A stretch of DNA of 64,000 nt. Origin: Clostridium sp. (lineage in GTDB: Bacteria > Bacillota > Clostridia > Clostridiales > Clostridiaceae). How positions within the stretch are numbered: the stretch's first letter is position 1; the number at the start of each line of letters is the position of its first letter. A program made the position numbers and the translations under genes. This document shows, in pieces, positions 1-10,702 of the stretch. Below the pieces are notes generated by a model. It did not search any database. It saw only the letters and a list, made by a program, of their open reading frames with translations, and was not told where the DNA came from. The stretch lies in assembly GCA_036820645.1 (NCBI GenBank), contig DAISLB010000005.1, positions 9,346 through 73,345 of the forward strand, in the 5' to 3' direction.

Positions 1-123
1 AATATCCACATGGTAAAATTTTGCTAATTTTTCAGCTGTATCCTGCACGCTCAAACTGTGCTCATATCTGTTTTTTTTCAGCTTCTCCTTCAAATATCCT
101 TTGATTTGTTCTTCACTCCACAT
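1..123 (-). CDS. yqeK: HD-domain Ap4A hydrolase YqeK, 5' part (runs off window)
   Basis: ATG at 123 after GGAG RBS; manual translation MWSEEQIKGYLKEKLKKNRYEHSLSVQDTAEKLAKFYHVDI has the RYEHS motif; directly downstream of nadD. Confidence 0.85.
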   Translation of the reverse strand, partial: MWSEEQIKGYLKEKLKKNRYEHSLSVQDTAEKLAKFYHVDI

Positions 124-152
124 CCCTTATCACTCCAAAAAATTATTTAATT

Positions 153-764
153 TCATTTATAAAGATTATGTTGTTTAATAATATGATAAACACTTTCGGG
201 AAGAAGATAACTTACATTTCTACCCAATTTAATGTTTTTTCGTATATCTGTAGAAGAAATATCAAATAGAGGAGCATCTAAATATATAATTTTAGCAGAA
301 TACTTTTTTTCTATTTTTTCCTTCTGCTCTTTTATATTTTTTTTAGTAAAATCTGGAAATCCTGGCCTATTAAATACTATAAATTGACACAACTTAAATA
401 TATCTTCTACCCTATTCCAACTTTCAATGTCCATTAGACAGTCTACTCCCGTTAGGAAATACCATCGGGTTTTTCTTTCAACTTTATTAAAATGCTTTAA
501 TGTATTATACGTATAACTCAAATTAGGCTTATTTATTTCATATTTACTTACAGAGAATTTACTTTCCATACTTACAGCTGCCTTTACCATCTCATATCTC
601 AAAAAAGCACTTGTTATATCTCTTTTTGTTTTATGAGGAGGATTACCTGTTGGTACAAATATAATATTGTCTACTCCCAATCTATATAAAGTTTCATAAG
701 CTATATGTATATGTCCATTATGTATTGGATCAAATGTTCCCCCAAAAATAGCTTTTTTAACCAT
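153..764 (-). CDS. nadD: Nicotinate-nucleotide adenylyltransferase
   Basis: [11 protein letters not shown] (HxGH) and ISSTDIR motifs. Confidence 0.97.
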   Translation of the reverse strand: MVKKAIFGGTFDPIHNGHIHIAYETLYRLGVDNIIFVPTGNPPHKTKRDITSAFLRYEMVKAAVSMESKFSVSKYEINKPNLSYTYNTLKHFNKVERKTRWYFLTGVDCLMDIESWNRVEDIFKLCQFIVFNRPGFPDFTKKNIKEQKEKIEKKYSAKIIYLDAPLFDISSTDIRKNIKLGRNVSYLLPESVYHIIKQHNLYK

Positions 765-790
765 CTATTTTCTCTCCATTTATTTTTTTA

Positions 791-2074
791 TTACATTACA
801 TAATCAAATTCAAAATCATTCAACCTAACCACATCCCCATCCTTAATTCCCATATCAATTAGTTTCTGTATAACTCCCTTATTTTTAAGTACTTTATAAA
901 AATATCGTAATTCATTTGGATCGTTTACATTAACGCTTGCAAGTAACCTATCAACAAAACTTCCCTCTACTACGAAAGTATTTTCTTCTTTCCTTATATT
1001 ATAAGTAAATCTCTTTTCCTCAGGTATGAATTTATCTTCTTCATCTATTTCAATATTTTCCACAGGTATAGTACTTAGTATCCTAGCTGCTTCCTTCATA
1101 AGCTCTTTAACACCCTGTCCTGTAGCTGCAGATATTTTAAACACTTTGTCGTATCCTAATTGTCCAACTTTTTTTCTGAAGTTTTCAAATAATTCATTGT
1201 CATATAGCATATCTGATTTGTTTGCAGCAATTATCTGAGGTTTATCCCATAGTTTAACATCATACTTTTTTAATTCCTTATTTATTTTGATAAAGTCATC
1301 GAAAGCATCTCTTCCCTCAATTCCCGATATATCTACTACATGTATTAAAAGTCTTGTCCTTTGGATATGTCTTAAAAATTCTATTCCAAGGCCTACTCCT
1401 TCTGCTGCACCTTCTATTATACCTGGTATATCTGCTATTACAAAGCTTTTTATTCCTGAAATGTTAGTTACCCCCAGGTTAGGAGATAATGTTGTAAAGT
1501 GGTAATTTGCAATTTTAGGTGTAGCCTTAGTCACTATAGACAAAAGAGTGGATTTACCTACATTCGGAAACCCTAAAAGTCCTACATCTGCCAGTAATTT
1601 AAGTTCCAAGGATATATATCTTTCTTCTCCTGGCATTCCTGGTTCAGCAAAATCTGGTGCCTGCCTTACGGAAGTTGTAAATCTCACATTTCCTCTTCCG
1701 CCTCTTCCACCTCTTGCAACTATGCATTTGTCTTCAGGATGGGCAAGATCTGCCATTATTTTATTCGTTTTCACATCCCTTACAACTGTTCCCATAGGTA
1801 CTTTTATGTAAAGATCCTTTCCATTTTTTCCAAAGCACTTAGATCCTGATCCATTTTCACCTTTTTCTGCAAAATACTTTTTCCTATATGCAAAATCCAA
1901 AAGTGTAGTACTTTCTGTATCTGATACAAGTATAACATCTCCTCCTTTTCCGCCATCTCCACCATCTGGTCCCCCAAAGGCTACATACTTTTCCCTTCTA
2001 AAAGAAATGGCTCCATTTCCACCATCTCCAGAGGTTACAAATATTTTGGCTGTATCTACAAACATATTACTCAT
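791..2074 (-). CDS. obgE: GTPase ObgE/CgtA
   Basis: Gly-rich Obg fold, [17 protein letters not shown]; start placed at ATG 2074 behind AAAGGAAG. Confidence 0.97.
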   Translation of the reverse strand: MSNMFVDTAKIFVTSGDGGNGAISFRREKYVAFGGPDGGDGGKGGDVILVSDTESTTLLDFAYRKKYFAEKGENGSGSKCFGKNGKDLYIKVPMGTVVRDVKTNKIMADLAHPEDKCIVARGGRGGRGNVRFTTSVRQAPDFAEPGMPGEERYISLELKLLADVGLLGFPNVGKSTLLSIVTKATPKIANYHFTTLSPNLGVTNISGIKSFVIADIPGIIEGAAEGVGLGIEFLRHIQRTRLLIHVVDISGIEGRDAFDDFIKINKELKKYDVKLWDKPQIIAANKSDMLYDNELFENFRKKVGQLGYDKVFKISAATGQGVKELMKEAARILSTIPVENIEIDEEDKFIPEEKRFTYNIRKEENTFVVEGSFVDRLLASVNVNDPNELRYFYKVLKNKGVIQKLIDMGIKDGDVVRLNDFEFDYVM

Positions 2075-2187
2075 TTTCTCACTTCCTTTCAAAAGTTAAG
2101 TATATAAAATTTATTATTCCCACAGATAAGCAACTAATTCGCTCTAATTTGCAGTATACAACTTTTTTCTTGAATTAAGAAATTCTA

Positions 2188-2213
2188 AAAAAGCACCCTC
2201 ATTAGGGTGCCTT
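2188..2213 (-). terminator. Intrinsic terminator after rpmA
   Basis: GCACCCT/AGGGTGC hairpin followed by a T-run on the minus strand. Confidence 0.75.
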
Positions 2214-2220
2214 AATAACA

Positions 2221-2523
2221 CTATTCAGCTGCTAATTCTTCTAACTTTAAAGGATATACGCTGGCCTTCTTTTTAGTCTTTCCTACTCTTTCGTATCTAA
2301 CTACACCATCAATCTTTGCAAATAAGGTATCGTCAGATCCTCTTCCAACGTTAGCTCCAGGATGAATTTTTGTTCCTCTCTGTCTAACCAATATGTTTCC
2401 AGCTAAAACAAATTGTCCATCAGCAGATTTAGTACCTAATCTTTTTGATTCACTATCTCTACCATTCCTTGAACTACCTACTCCTTTTTTATGGGCAAAC
2501 AGTTGAAGATTCATAATCAACAT
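2221..2523 (-). CDS. rpmA: 50S ribosomal protein L27 with N-terminal extension cleaved by Prp
   Basis: [24 protein letters not shown]. Confidence 0.98.
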   Translation of the reverse strand: MLIMNLQLFAHKKGVGSSRNGRDSESKRLGTKSADGQFVLAGNILVRQRGTKIHPGANVGRGSDDTLFAKIDGVVRYERVGKTKKKASVYPLKLEELAAE

Positions 2524-2527
2524 AAAA

Positions 2528-2854
2528 TTACACCTCCTCTACCTTTACATTTATATATTCACTAAAATTAAATTCAATACTTTTCAAACCAAGTAACATA
2601 GTTTCTACAAGTACCTGACATTTTAAAATGTCATCTTCTTTCATATCTTTTAAAGAAAAACTTAAAAATCCATCTTTTATACAGTAATTCAATTTAAGCT
2701 TTAACACTTCTGTTATTCCTATTACCGTAGTTTGAGATATGGCAGAAGCAGCACTACACACCATGTCATATCCCTGATTTACCGACTCCGCATGGCCTTT
2801 AAGTGTAACCGAAACCAAATTACAGGATTCTCTTTTAAACAATGCCTCAATCAT
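2528..2854 (-). CDS. prp: Ribosomal-processing cysteine protease Prp
   Basis: GHA...DMVCSAAS motif; lies between rplU and rpmA. Confidence 0.93.
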   Translation of the reverse strand: MIEALFKRESCNLVSVTLKGHAESVNQGYDMVCSAASAISQTTVIGITEVLKLKLNYCIKDGFLSFSLKDMKEDDILKCQVLVETMLLGLKSIEFNFSEYINVKVEEV

Positions 2855-2856
2855 AA

Positions 2857-3171
2857 TTATGCATCAATTTTTTCGATTTGTAATTTAGTGTAAGGCTGTC
2901 TATGTCCTTGTTTCTTTCTGTAATCCTTTTTAGCCTTATACTTGAAAACTATAACCTTTTTAGCTTTTCCCTGTGCCAATACCTTAGCGCTTACCTTAGC
3001 TCCTTCAACTACAGGTTTTCCAATAACTACACCTTCATCATCTTTACCTACTACTAAAACTTTGTCAAGTTCAACTGTTGAATCAACTTCAGCATCTAAT
3101 TTTTCAACATATATAACGTCTCCTTCTGAAACTTTATACTGTTTTCCACCAGTAGCTACAACTGCATACAT
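2857..3171 (-). CDS. rplU: 50S ribosomal protein L21
   Basis: [14 protein letters not shown]...GHRQPYT. Confidence 0.98.
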   Translation of the reverse strand: MYAVVATGGKQYKVSEGDVIYVEKLDAEVDSTVELDKVLVVGKDDEGVVIGKPVVEGAKVSAKVLAQGKAKKVIVFKYKAKKDYRKKQGHRQPYTKLQIEKIDA

Positions 3172-3184
3172 TTAAAACACCTCC

Positions 3185-3263
3185 TCAATCCAGTCTCGCC
3201 TAAAAGGTATATAGAAAATCCATTCTTTCTATAATTTATAAAACCTTTTTTGAGCGGCCTACA
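3185..3263 (-). promoter_or_regulatory. L21 leader-type structured 5' UTR
   Basis: Minus strand TGTAGGCCGCTC-AAAAAAGG...CCTTTTAGGCGAGAC hairpin between the promoter and rplU RBS. Confidence 0.65.
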
Positions 3264-3269
3264 GATGTC

Positions 3270-3298
3270 ATTTTAACACATTTGTTCTTGTTTGTAAA
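3270..3298 (-). promoter_or_regulatory. SigA promoter of rplU operon
   Basis: TTTACA (3298-3293), 17-nt spacer, extended TGn-TAAAAT (3275-3270). Confidence 0.7.
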
Positions 3299-3304
3299 GT
3301 TTTT

Positions 3305-4744
3305 TCAATTTACTCTAAACACTTTCAGATGCTCTATCTGGCTCATAAATTGAAGGGGTTCTACCTTATAAGATACTTTTTTTTCATAAGTAATATATAT
3401 TCTCTTGTCCCCAGCACCTATACCTTTTATAAACATATCCATGTTATTTTCAACATCCTTTTCATAAGATACATCCATGTGTATGTGAAAATCTTTTACA
3501 TCCCTATCACAACTTATATTTGAAATTTCATTTCTTATGAGAACCATCATATAAGATAGTTTTATTTTTTTTCCTGTTCCTTCACAGTACCTGCAATCTT
3601 CCTCTATATAATCATATATTGGTTTACCCTGTCTTTTTCTAGCTATCTGCACTAGATTCAACTCTGTAAAAGAATATACAACAACCTTACTTTTGCTACT
3701 TGACAATCCAGATTTGAGTTTGTCCATAATCTTTTTCTTACTTTCCTCATCTTCCATATCTATAAAATCTATTACAATTATTCCACTTAAATTTTTAAGC
3801 AGTATTTGCCTTGCAATTTCTTCTGCCGCTTGCAAATTAGTTATAAATACTGTTTTATCCATCTTATTATTTCTTATGTTTTTACCCGAATTAACATCTA
3901 TTACAAACATAGCTTCTGTTTTATTTATAACTATATATCCACCACAATTTAATTCTATTCTGTTATTTCGTAAATTTAATATTTCATTTTCCATATTATA
4001 ATGAGATAAGAGAGTTTTTTTACCCGTATACAGTTCTATGTTTGCATCTATGTTACATACTCCTTTAAAAAAATCCTCTATGTATTTATAATCCACTTCA
4101 TTGTTTACATATATCTTTAAATTACTATCCCACAATCTATCTCTAAGTACTTCACCAAGTGCACCTCCATTATCAAACATGAGTTCAGGCTTTAGAACAT
4201 ACTGAGCTTTATTTTTTATCTTGTTATATATATCATTCAACTTATGGATTTCTTTGTTTATAAGTTCTACTGGAACATTTTGGGTATCAGTTCTTATCAA
4301 TACACTAACACCTGATGGTATTTTTATTTTCTCGAGCATAATTTTTTTAAAAGATTCATCCTGTATTTTTTGTGAAAACTTCATGCCTGTGTCAAAACTA
4401 TTTAAAACACAATATTTACCAGGCAAACTTATAATTTGGGTAACTTTAGCTCCTTTTCTTCCATAATCTTCTTTTGTAACCTGTACCAAAATTTTTTCAC
4501 CTTTTTTTAAGTTAAGATTTCTAAATTTACTATCCATATACATATAGGCATTTCTCCTGCAGTTTATATCTATAAAAGCACATTTTATAGCTGGTACTAC
4601 ATTTTTAACTACACCTATATACACTTCTCCCGGGTAGGCATTGCCTTTTTTTTCCTGGATGTGACATTCTCTTAAAATGGCATTATCCTTTATAACAATT
4701 CTTAAAAACCCTTCAGCACTTCTTTCAACAAATATTTCTTCCAA
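3305..4744 (-). CDS. rng: Ribonuclease E/G family
   Basis: S1 domain, IDVNSG and GIIVIDFIDM motifs, CxxC; TTG start at 4744 behind AGGAGAGG. Confidence 0.92.
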   Translation of the reverse strand: MEEIFVERSAEGFLRIVIKDNAILRECHIQEKKGNAYPGEVYIGVVKNVVPAIKCAFIDINCRRNAYMYMDSKFRNLNLKKGEKILVQVTKEDYGRKGAKVTQIISLPGKYCVLNSFDTGMKFSQKIQDESFKKIMLEKIKIPSGVSVLIRTDTQNVPVELINKEIHKLNDIYNKIKNKAQYVLKPELMFDNGGALGEVLRDRLWDSNLKIYVNNEVDYKYIEDFFKGVCNIDANIELYTGKKTLLSHYNMENEILNLRNNRIELNCGGYIVINKTEAMFVIDVNSGKNIRNNKMDKTVFITNLQAAEEIARQILLKNLSGIIVIDFIDMEDEESKKKIMDKLKSGLSSSKSKVVVYSFTELNLVQIARKRQGKPIYDYIEEDCRYCEGTGKKIKLSYMMVLIRNEISNISCDRDVKDFHIHMDVSYEKDVENNMDMFIKGIGAGDKRIYITYEKKVSYKVEPLQFMSQIEHLKVFRVN

Positions 4745-4768
4745 AATATAGTTCACCTCTCCTTCAGA

Positions 4769-5485
4769 TTAATATAATTTTGATACATACTCATATAATG
4801 GGAATAACTTATTTTGTCTTCTCACATATACTTCTTCTCTCATTATATCAATAAAACAATCTTTGTCAGCATTTTCAGTATTGTCTTGTATAAAACTTGA
4901 TAGAAGTTCTGGAGATAAATTTTCTACACTTCCACAGCTTATCACAGTTTCTAACCTAAGCCTATTTTCAAAAATATCATAACTCAATTTCTTTACTAAT
5001 TTTTTTATATCTATTTTCTTCTCTCCCTTTTTAGTCTTCTTTATTGTATTCCAATTTTCGGATTTCATTAAGTTTTCCATATTTTCTTTAAGTTCACTTA
5101 CATCTTTATATTTTATGTTAATTATGTACTTAGCTGCATTTATTTCTGCCATGGATTTAAATACTTTTTTATTTTCTACATTTTTCACCCTATCTACCCT
5201 TAACACTTCTATTCCACTAGGTGCACTTTTATTTAATTTTTCTTTAATATGATCTTCTAAAACTTCTTTTTCAAAATATAAATCCATGTATTCTCCGCTG
5301 GAATAAACTCCTACAGGTAGCGGCTGTGCTATAGACATATTTATATGTGGATTAAATCCCTTGGAATACTCTACAGGAAGTCCTGATCTCTTTATCATTC
5401 TCTGTATAGTTCTCAATAAATCAAGGTGTCCTATAAACCTTATACTATTCTTCTTACTGAACTTTATTAAATACTGCACCCTCAA
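4769..5485 (-). CDS. Radical SAM-linked protein (TIGR03936/DUF2344-like)
   Basis: RFIGHLDL and YSKGFNPH motifs; overlaps the end of the upstream radical SAM gene. Confidence 0.85.
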   Translation of the reverse strand: MRVQYLIKFSKKNSIRFIGHLDLLRTIQRMIKRSGLPVEYSKGFNPHINMSIAQPLPVGVYSSGEYMDLYFEKEVLEDHIKEKLNKSAPSGIEVLRVDRVKNVENKKVFKSMAEINAAKYIINIKYKDVSELKENMENLMKSENWNTIKKTKKGEKKIDIKKLVKKLSYDIFENRLRLETVISCGSVENLSPELLSSFIQDNTENADKDCFIDIMREEVYVRRQNKLFPLYEYVSKLY

Positions 5486-7307
5486 AGCATTTACCTCCTA
5501 AATTAACATTAACACCGCAATTTTTACATCCCAATCTACAATCCGGAGTTACTTCAGCCCTTTTAGCCTTTTCATTTTCTTCTATTAAAAATTTCTTATT
5601 TACCCCCACATCTATAAAATCCCAGGGGAGTATCTCATCATAACTTCTATTTCTATAAGCGTAAAAATCACCATCTACATTACATTCCTTAAAAGCTTCT
5701 ACCCATACATCAAAATTGAAATACTCTGACCAACTGTCAAATTTAGCTCCCTTTTCGTAGGCTTTAATAAGTACTTCGCAAAGTCTCCTATCTCCCCTTG
5801 CAAATACAGCTTCTAAATAACTTAAGGGACTTTCATGCCAGTTATATACTATATGTTTACTGCTTATAGAAGATCTTAATTCTCTAATCTCTTCTTTAAC
5901 ATCTTCCACTTTTATTTGTGATATCCACTGAAATGGCGTAAAAGGCTTTGGTACAAATATTGAAGTACTAACTGTTACCTTTAATCCTTTTTTTCTTACA
6001 TCTTTAGGAACTTTGAAATATTCGTCCACTACTTTTTGGGATAAATGGGCAATTTCTTTTATATCTTCCATAGTTTCATAGGGAAGCCCTATCATAAAAT
6101 ACAACTTTATGGTAGACCAACCAGACTCAAAAGCACTGCTTACAGAATCCATCAAATTTTTCTCTGTAACACCCTTATTTATTACATCTCTCATTCTCTG
6201 ACTTCCTGCCTCTGGTGCAAAAGTAAGTCCAGTTTTTCTAACCTTTTGTATTTCATTTATAAGTCCTACAGAAAAAGAATCTATTCTAAGTGAAGGCAAA
6301 GATAACCCTACCTTGTCTTTTTCATGTTCATTTATAAAGTTAACAACTAAGTTTTTTAAGTCTGAATAATCACATATACTTAGAGAAGTAAGAGACACTT
6401 CTGAATATCCTGTACTTTTTATGAGTTTATCTGCTATTTCTAAAAGTTTAGATGTTTTTTTCTCCCTTACAGGCCTGTATATTATACCTGCCTGGCAAAA
6501 CCTACACCCTCTAGTGCATCCTCTAAAAGTCTCAAGAGTTATTCTATCATGTACTATGTCCGTATAAGGTACTATAATTTTATCTGGATATACCACATCA
6601 TTGAAATTTTTGATTATCCTTTTAGTAATTTTAGCTGGTACATCGTCATAAAGCGGTTTAAATTCTCTTATGGTTCCATCTTCATTATAGCTTACATCAT
6701 AAAGGGAAGGTACATATATACCTTCTATGTGGCACACTGCCCTCAAGAATTTCTTTTTTCTTCCTTTATATTTCTTATAAAGATCCATAATTTCATTCAT
6801 CTGTTCCTCAGATTCACCTAAAGCGAACATATCTGCTATATCAAAGAGGGGTTCAGGGTTATAGGCACAAGGTCCACCGCACATAATTATAGGATCTTCT
6901 TCTCCTCTACAAGAAGCCCTAACAGAAAGTCCAGCCAAATTTAACATATTTAAAATATTAGTATAACTCATTTCATATTGAAGAGTAAACCCTATAAAAT
7001 CAAAACTCTTTATAGGATCTTTGCTCTCAAGTCCATAAAGTGATATATTATTTTTTCTCATAAGTTCTTCCATATCAGGCCAGGGCGCAAATACTCTTTC
7101 ACAATAAGTATCTTTTCTTTCATTCAATATGTAATAAAGTATTTTCATACCAAGATAAGACATTCCGACTTCATATACATCTGGAAAGCAAAACGCATAT
7201 CTAATATCTACTTCATCCTTATTTTTTACACAGGAATTCATCTCCCCTCCAATATATCGGGCAGGTTTTTCCACTTTAAATAATATATCATCAGAAATTG
7301 TGTTCAT
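5454..7307 (-). CDS. B12-binding radical SAM protein (TIGR03960-like)
   Basis: VEKPARYIGGE, RGCTRGCRFC (CxxxCxxC), C-terminal CRxxCxxCG. Confidence 0.9.
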   Translation of the reverse strand: MNTISDDILFKVEKPARYIGGEMNSCVKNKDEVDIRYAFCFPDVYEVGMSYLGMKILYYILNERKDTYCERVFAPWPDMEELMRKNNISLYGLESKDPIKSFDFIGFTLQYEMSYTNILNMLNLAGLSVRASCRGEEDPIIMCGGPCAYNPEPLFDIADMFALGESEEQMNEIMDLYKKYKGRKKKFLRAVCHIEGIYVPSLYDVSYNEDGTIREFKPLYDDVPAKITKRIIKNFNDVVYPDKIIVPYTDIVHDRITLETFRGCTRGCRFCQAGIIYRPVREKKTSKLLEIADKLIKSTGYSEVSLTSLSICDYSDLKNLVVNFINEHEKDKVGLSLPSLRIDSFSVGLINEIQKVRKTGLTFAPEAGSQRMRDVINKGVTEKNLMDSVSSAFESGWSTIKLYFMIGLPYETMEDIKEIAHLSQKVVDEYFKVPKDVRKKGLKVTVSTSIFVPKPFTPFQWISQIKVEDVKEEIRELRSSISSKHIVYNWHESPLSYLEAVFARGDRRLCEVLIKAYEKGAKFDSWSEYFNFDVWVEAFKECNVDGDFYAYRNRSYDEILPWDFIDVGVNKKFLIEENEKAKRAEVTPDCRLGCKNCGVNVNLGGKCFEGAVFNKVQ

Positions 7308-7373
7308 TAAAAATCCTCCTCTTAGGTATCATTCCTATATTTTAGCATAACCAAAAATAATTTAAAATATATA

Positions 7374-7420
7374 AACCTAAGGGAAGGACAAAATTCATAA
7401 TTTTATCCTTCCCTTAGGTT
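7374..7420. terminator. Strong hairpin after the spoIVFB-like gene
   Basis: AACCTAAGGGAAGGA...TCCTTCCCTTAGGTT perfect 15-bp arms. Confidence 0.7.
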
Positions 7421-7427
7421 AAAGATC

Positions 7428-8279
7428 TTATTTGTGGTTCATTATTTCAATAAATTTTTCCAAAGTTATATTTCCATATAGCTTTAACCCTTCTATAACT
7501 TCTTCTTCATATATTGTATCCATTAAATTCATCTCATTATCCAATACCATAAATATATTATATTTATTTTTATCAAATAATCCCATAGCTGTGAGTAAAT
7601 CCTGCTTATAGTGTATTGATAAAGTCCTGTTTTCAATATATCCTCTCTTTATGAATTTATATCTTTTCTTAATTATATCTCCCATAATTATATATGATAT
7701 CCTTTCATTTTCTCTTAAAGAAGTCGTAATTATAAATATTCCTATTATTCCTATACTAAAATTGCTATACCCGTTTAAAAATAAAAAAATATACATAAAC
7801 ATAAGTGCCATTCCAATAAATATACTTGTGATTATCATAATCCTATTTGCTTTTTTATAAGTCATTTTCAAATTTAAGATGCTTCTCAGTATTCTTCCTC
7901 CATCCAAAGGAAAAGCTGGTATTAAATTAAACAATCCTATAGCTAAATTTATAGAGAAAAGCATATAGGAAAGGCTTGAACAAAAATTCTTATATACAAA
8001 ATAAAAGACTGCACTAAAAATCAAATTAGCTGCAGGACCAGAAATTGAAATTATTAAATCCTCTCTTGGAAATGCTTCATCTAAATCTTTAAGTTTTATA
8101 ACTGTTCCTATTGCTATAAATTCTATGTCAAATCCAGAAAATTTATAGTATCTAGCAACTAAGTAATGAACCATTTCATGGAAAAAAACTATAATAAAAG
8201 TATAAATAAGTTTCCCTTTATACCCTATGAAAATTAAAAATATTACATAAGGTATAAAATATTTACTTATTTTAATCAC
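7428..8279 (-). CDS. spoIVFB: M50 intramembrane metalloprotease, SpoIVFB-like
   Basis: HEMVH (HExxH), SGP and NLIPAFPLDGG motifs; expected location between min genes and rng/rplU. Confidence 0.82.
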   Translation of the reverse strand: MIKISKYFIPYVIFLIFIGYKGKLIYTFIIVFFHEMVHYLVARYYKFSGFDIEFIAIGTVIKLKDLDEAFPREDLIISISGPAANLIFSAVFYFVYKNFCSSLSYMLFSINLAIGLFNLIPAFPLDGGRILRSILNLKMTYKKANRIMIITSIFIGMALMFMYIFLFLNGYSNFSIGIIGIFIITTSLRENERISYIIMGDIIKKRYKFIKRGYIENRTLSIHYKQDLLTAMGLFDKNKYNIFMVLDNEMNLMDTIYEEEVIEGLKLYGNITLEKFIEIMNHK

Positions 8280-8300
8280 AGAAATGCCTCTTAAATCTTA

Positions 8301-8675
8301 TTATTCCTGATTTACCCTAATCCGATTCATTACATTTTTAGCCCCGTTTTCAATATCACTTATATTTATATTTTTCAACTGAGCTTCTATTTTGCTATAA
8401 TCATAATTTTTATCCACAATTTCCTTAGAATAACTATATATACTTTTAGTCTGAGGCATCTGAATAGTCTTACAACCTATAACGAAAATAAATAGTACTA
8501 AAACTCCAATCAAATCCCTTATAATTCTCCTGACCAAAAAATTGCCCTTTTGAAAAAAGAATCCTCCGGTATTTGACACTCTATCATAGGAAGGTGAATA
8601 ATTAGCTCTTCCCTTCAAAGAATTATAATAATTTTGGTATTCCGAATCATAATTTCCCAATATAGATTCCCCCAT
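8301..8675 (-). CDS. Small membrane protein in the spoIVFA position, no M23 domain
   Basis: One hydrophobic segment (IGVLVLFIFVIGC); 124 aa; immediately upstream of spoIVFB-like gene. Confidence 0.6.
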   Translation of the reverse strand: MGESILGNYDSEYQNYYNSLKGRANYSPSYDRVSNTGGFFFQKGNFLVRRIIRDLIGVLVLFIFVIGCKTIQMPQTKSIYSYSKEIVDKNYDYSKIEAQLKNINISDIENGAKNVMNRIRVNQE

Positions 8676-8740
8676 TTAAAATGATACACATAATTATATA
8701 TATTTAAGGATTGCCCTATTTATTACTTGCACATATTTTT

Positions 8741-8866
8741 AATAATTAAAAATTAAGAGTTAAGAATTAATGGTTATGAGTGATTTTCTTCCGCTAACAC
8801 TTCAAAAAATTTTTAATTTATAGGCTATTGAAGCAAAGCTCTAATAGCCTATAAATTAAAAATTTT
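8741..8866 (+). repeat. Heptamer-armed palindromic element, type A copy 1 (right arm disrupted; remnant at 9088-9101)
   Basis: AATAATT-AAAAATT-AAGAGTT-AAGAATT-AATGGTT arm; perfect 24-bp stem 8806-8829/8843-8866; closely similar to reverse complement of 25034-25150. Confidence 0.85.
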
Positions 8867-9083
8867 GCGAAGCAAAGCTTTTGAAAATAACAAAGTTGAA
8901 ATAACAAAGAACAAATAAAGATGATTTTCCTCGTACCTCAGGGAATCTATAATTTTAATATTTTCTGACGTTAGGAAGAAAATTATCCTTATTTGTTCTT
9001 TGAACTTTGTACTTTGTTCTTTTAAAAAATTGCTTCGCAATTTTTTTATATTAAGTAAAAATTTTATATGTGCGAAAGTTGAG
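8867..9083 (+). repeat. Heptamer-armed palindromic element, type B copy 1, with one surviving shell end
   Basis: AAATAAC/AAAGAAC-type arm and GTTCTTT-type reverse arm; highly similar to 29035-29205; ends in TGCGAAAGTTGAG. Confidence 0.85.
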
Positions 9084-9119
9084 TTAATAACTCTTAACTT
9101 AAAAAATATAGCTTGTCTA

Positions 9120-9491
9120 TTAATTATGAGACTTTAGTGCTTTTACAAAAATCTCTGCAGAACCTAAATTAGTAGCTAGGGGCACACAGTGAACATCACA
9201 AATTCTAAGCAGTGCAGCAATATCTGGTTCATGAGGCTGTGAAGTTAAAGGATCTCTTAAAAAAATAATTATATCCATTCCTCCCCGTGCCACTTTACTT
9301 CCTATTTCCTGGTCACCACCTAAAGGTCCTGAAAGAAATCTAGTAACTTTTAGACCTGTCATCTCATTTATAAGTTTTCCTGTAGTTCCTGTAGCAAAAA
9401 TTTCATGACCTTCAAAAACATCTTTATATCTTTTTACAAAGTCTATCATATCATCTTTCTTTTTATCATGTGCTATAAAAGCAATCCTCAT
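9120..9491 (-). CDS. mgsA: Methylglyoxal synthase
   Basis: [27 protein letters not shown]. Confidence 0.96.
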   Translation of the reverse strand: MRIAFIAHDKKKDDMIDFVKRYKDVFEGHEIFATGTTGKLINEMTGLKVTRFLSGPLGGDQEIGSKVARGGMDIIIFLRDPLTSQPHEPDIAALLRICDVHCVPLATNLGSAEIFVKALKSHN

Positions 9492-9503
9492 GTCAACTTC
9501 CCC

Positions 9504-10625
9504 CTAAAAATTAATTTTTTTCCTCCTCATACCTATGTTCAAAATTAAAGATAGTTCTATAAATGCCGAAATGAGAGAACTTCCACCTGCACTCATAAAA
9601 GGTAGTGTTATACCTGTTATGGGAAGTATACCTATAGTCATACATATATTTTGAAAAATTGAAAATAGGATAGTTGATACTATTCCTACACATACTATAG
9701 ATCCAAAAATATCTTTAGCTTCCTTGGATATTCTTATGGATCTATAAAGTATAATAACATAAAACAATATTAAAGCTAAAGCCCCAACAAATCCCCATTC
9801 TTCTCCAACTACAGAAAATATAAAATCTGTATGTGCTTCTGGCACATATCCTCCCGATATCTGGGTTCCTTTTAGGAATCCTTTTCCCCAAATCCCACCT
9901 GAACCAATTCCTATTTGTGATTGGTTGAGCTGAAGGGAAAAAGACATTTGATATTTTTCTGGACTAAATAGGGATATAATTCTCATTTTTTGATATTCTT
10001 CTATAAGAGGTGTATTCAAAGCTATCACTATTAAAACAGTTAATGCTAAAAGTCCTCCCATTATAACTCTTAAATCTAATCCTGCAACAAAAATTATTCC
10101 TAGAACTGCAAAAAAACATACCATTGTCATTCCCATATCGGGCTGCTTTATAATTAAAGCCATAGGAATAAGTGGATAAATCATCAGCTTCATAAAATTT
10201 TTTACATTGTTTATATTTCCTTCCATATCTTCCAGCTGCTTTGCAAGCATTAATATAATTCCTACTTTTGCAAATTCAGAAGGCTGCATGGTAATAGGAC
10301 CAATTTTAATCCACGATGAAGCTCCATTAACTGTAGACTGAAGCGCTGGTATGCAATTTAATATAAGTAAAAACACACCAAACCAATATATTATGCCAAC
10401 ATAACCTTTTATTACAGAATAATCTACTAGAAGTATAAAATAAGTAATAACAAGCCCTACAACCATGAAAATAAGCTGTGATTTAAAAAAACGAGTTCCA
10501 TAACTCATACGGGAAGCACTATAAATATTTAAACTTCCAAAGATACATATGATTATAGTAGTAATTAGTATAGGAAAATCGAATTCCCTTAAAAGTTTCC
10601 TGTTTATAGCAAATTTTTCAAGCAT
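9504..10625 (-). CDS. rodA: SEDS family peptidoglycan polymerase RodA
   Basis: QPSEFAK, QPDMG, PEAHTDFIF, GEEWG motifs; ATG 10625 behind GGAGG. Confidence 0.93.
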   Translation of the reverse strand: MLEKFAINRKLLREFDFPILITTIIICIFGSLNIYSASRMSYGTRFFKSQLIFMVVGLVITYFILLVDYSVIKGYVGIIYWFGVFLLILNCIPALQSTVNGASSWIKIGPITMQPSEFAKVGIILMLAKQLEDMEGNINNVKNFMKLMIYPLIPMALIIKQPDMGMTMVCFFAVLGIIFVAGLDLRVIMGGLLALTVLIVIALNTPLIEEYQKMRIISLFSPEKYQMSFSLQLNQSQIGIGSGGIWGKGFLKGTQISGGYVPEAHTDFIFSVVGEEWGFVGALALILFYVIILYRSIRISKEAKDIFGSIVCVGIVSTILFSIFQNICMTIGILPITGITLPFMSAGGSSLISAFIELSLILNIGMRRKKINF

Positions 10626-10702
10626 CCTATATATCCCTCCAATGTAACTATAATGATTATACCACAGGAAAATAAAAAAACTATGCATAATTTATACATA
10701 GC

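Noticed and set aside
8849..9040. 63-aa ORF
   Set aside because: Lies wholly inside the type B palindromic repeat; no RBS; frame not evidently kept in other copies.
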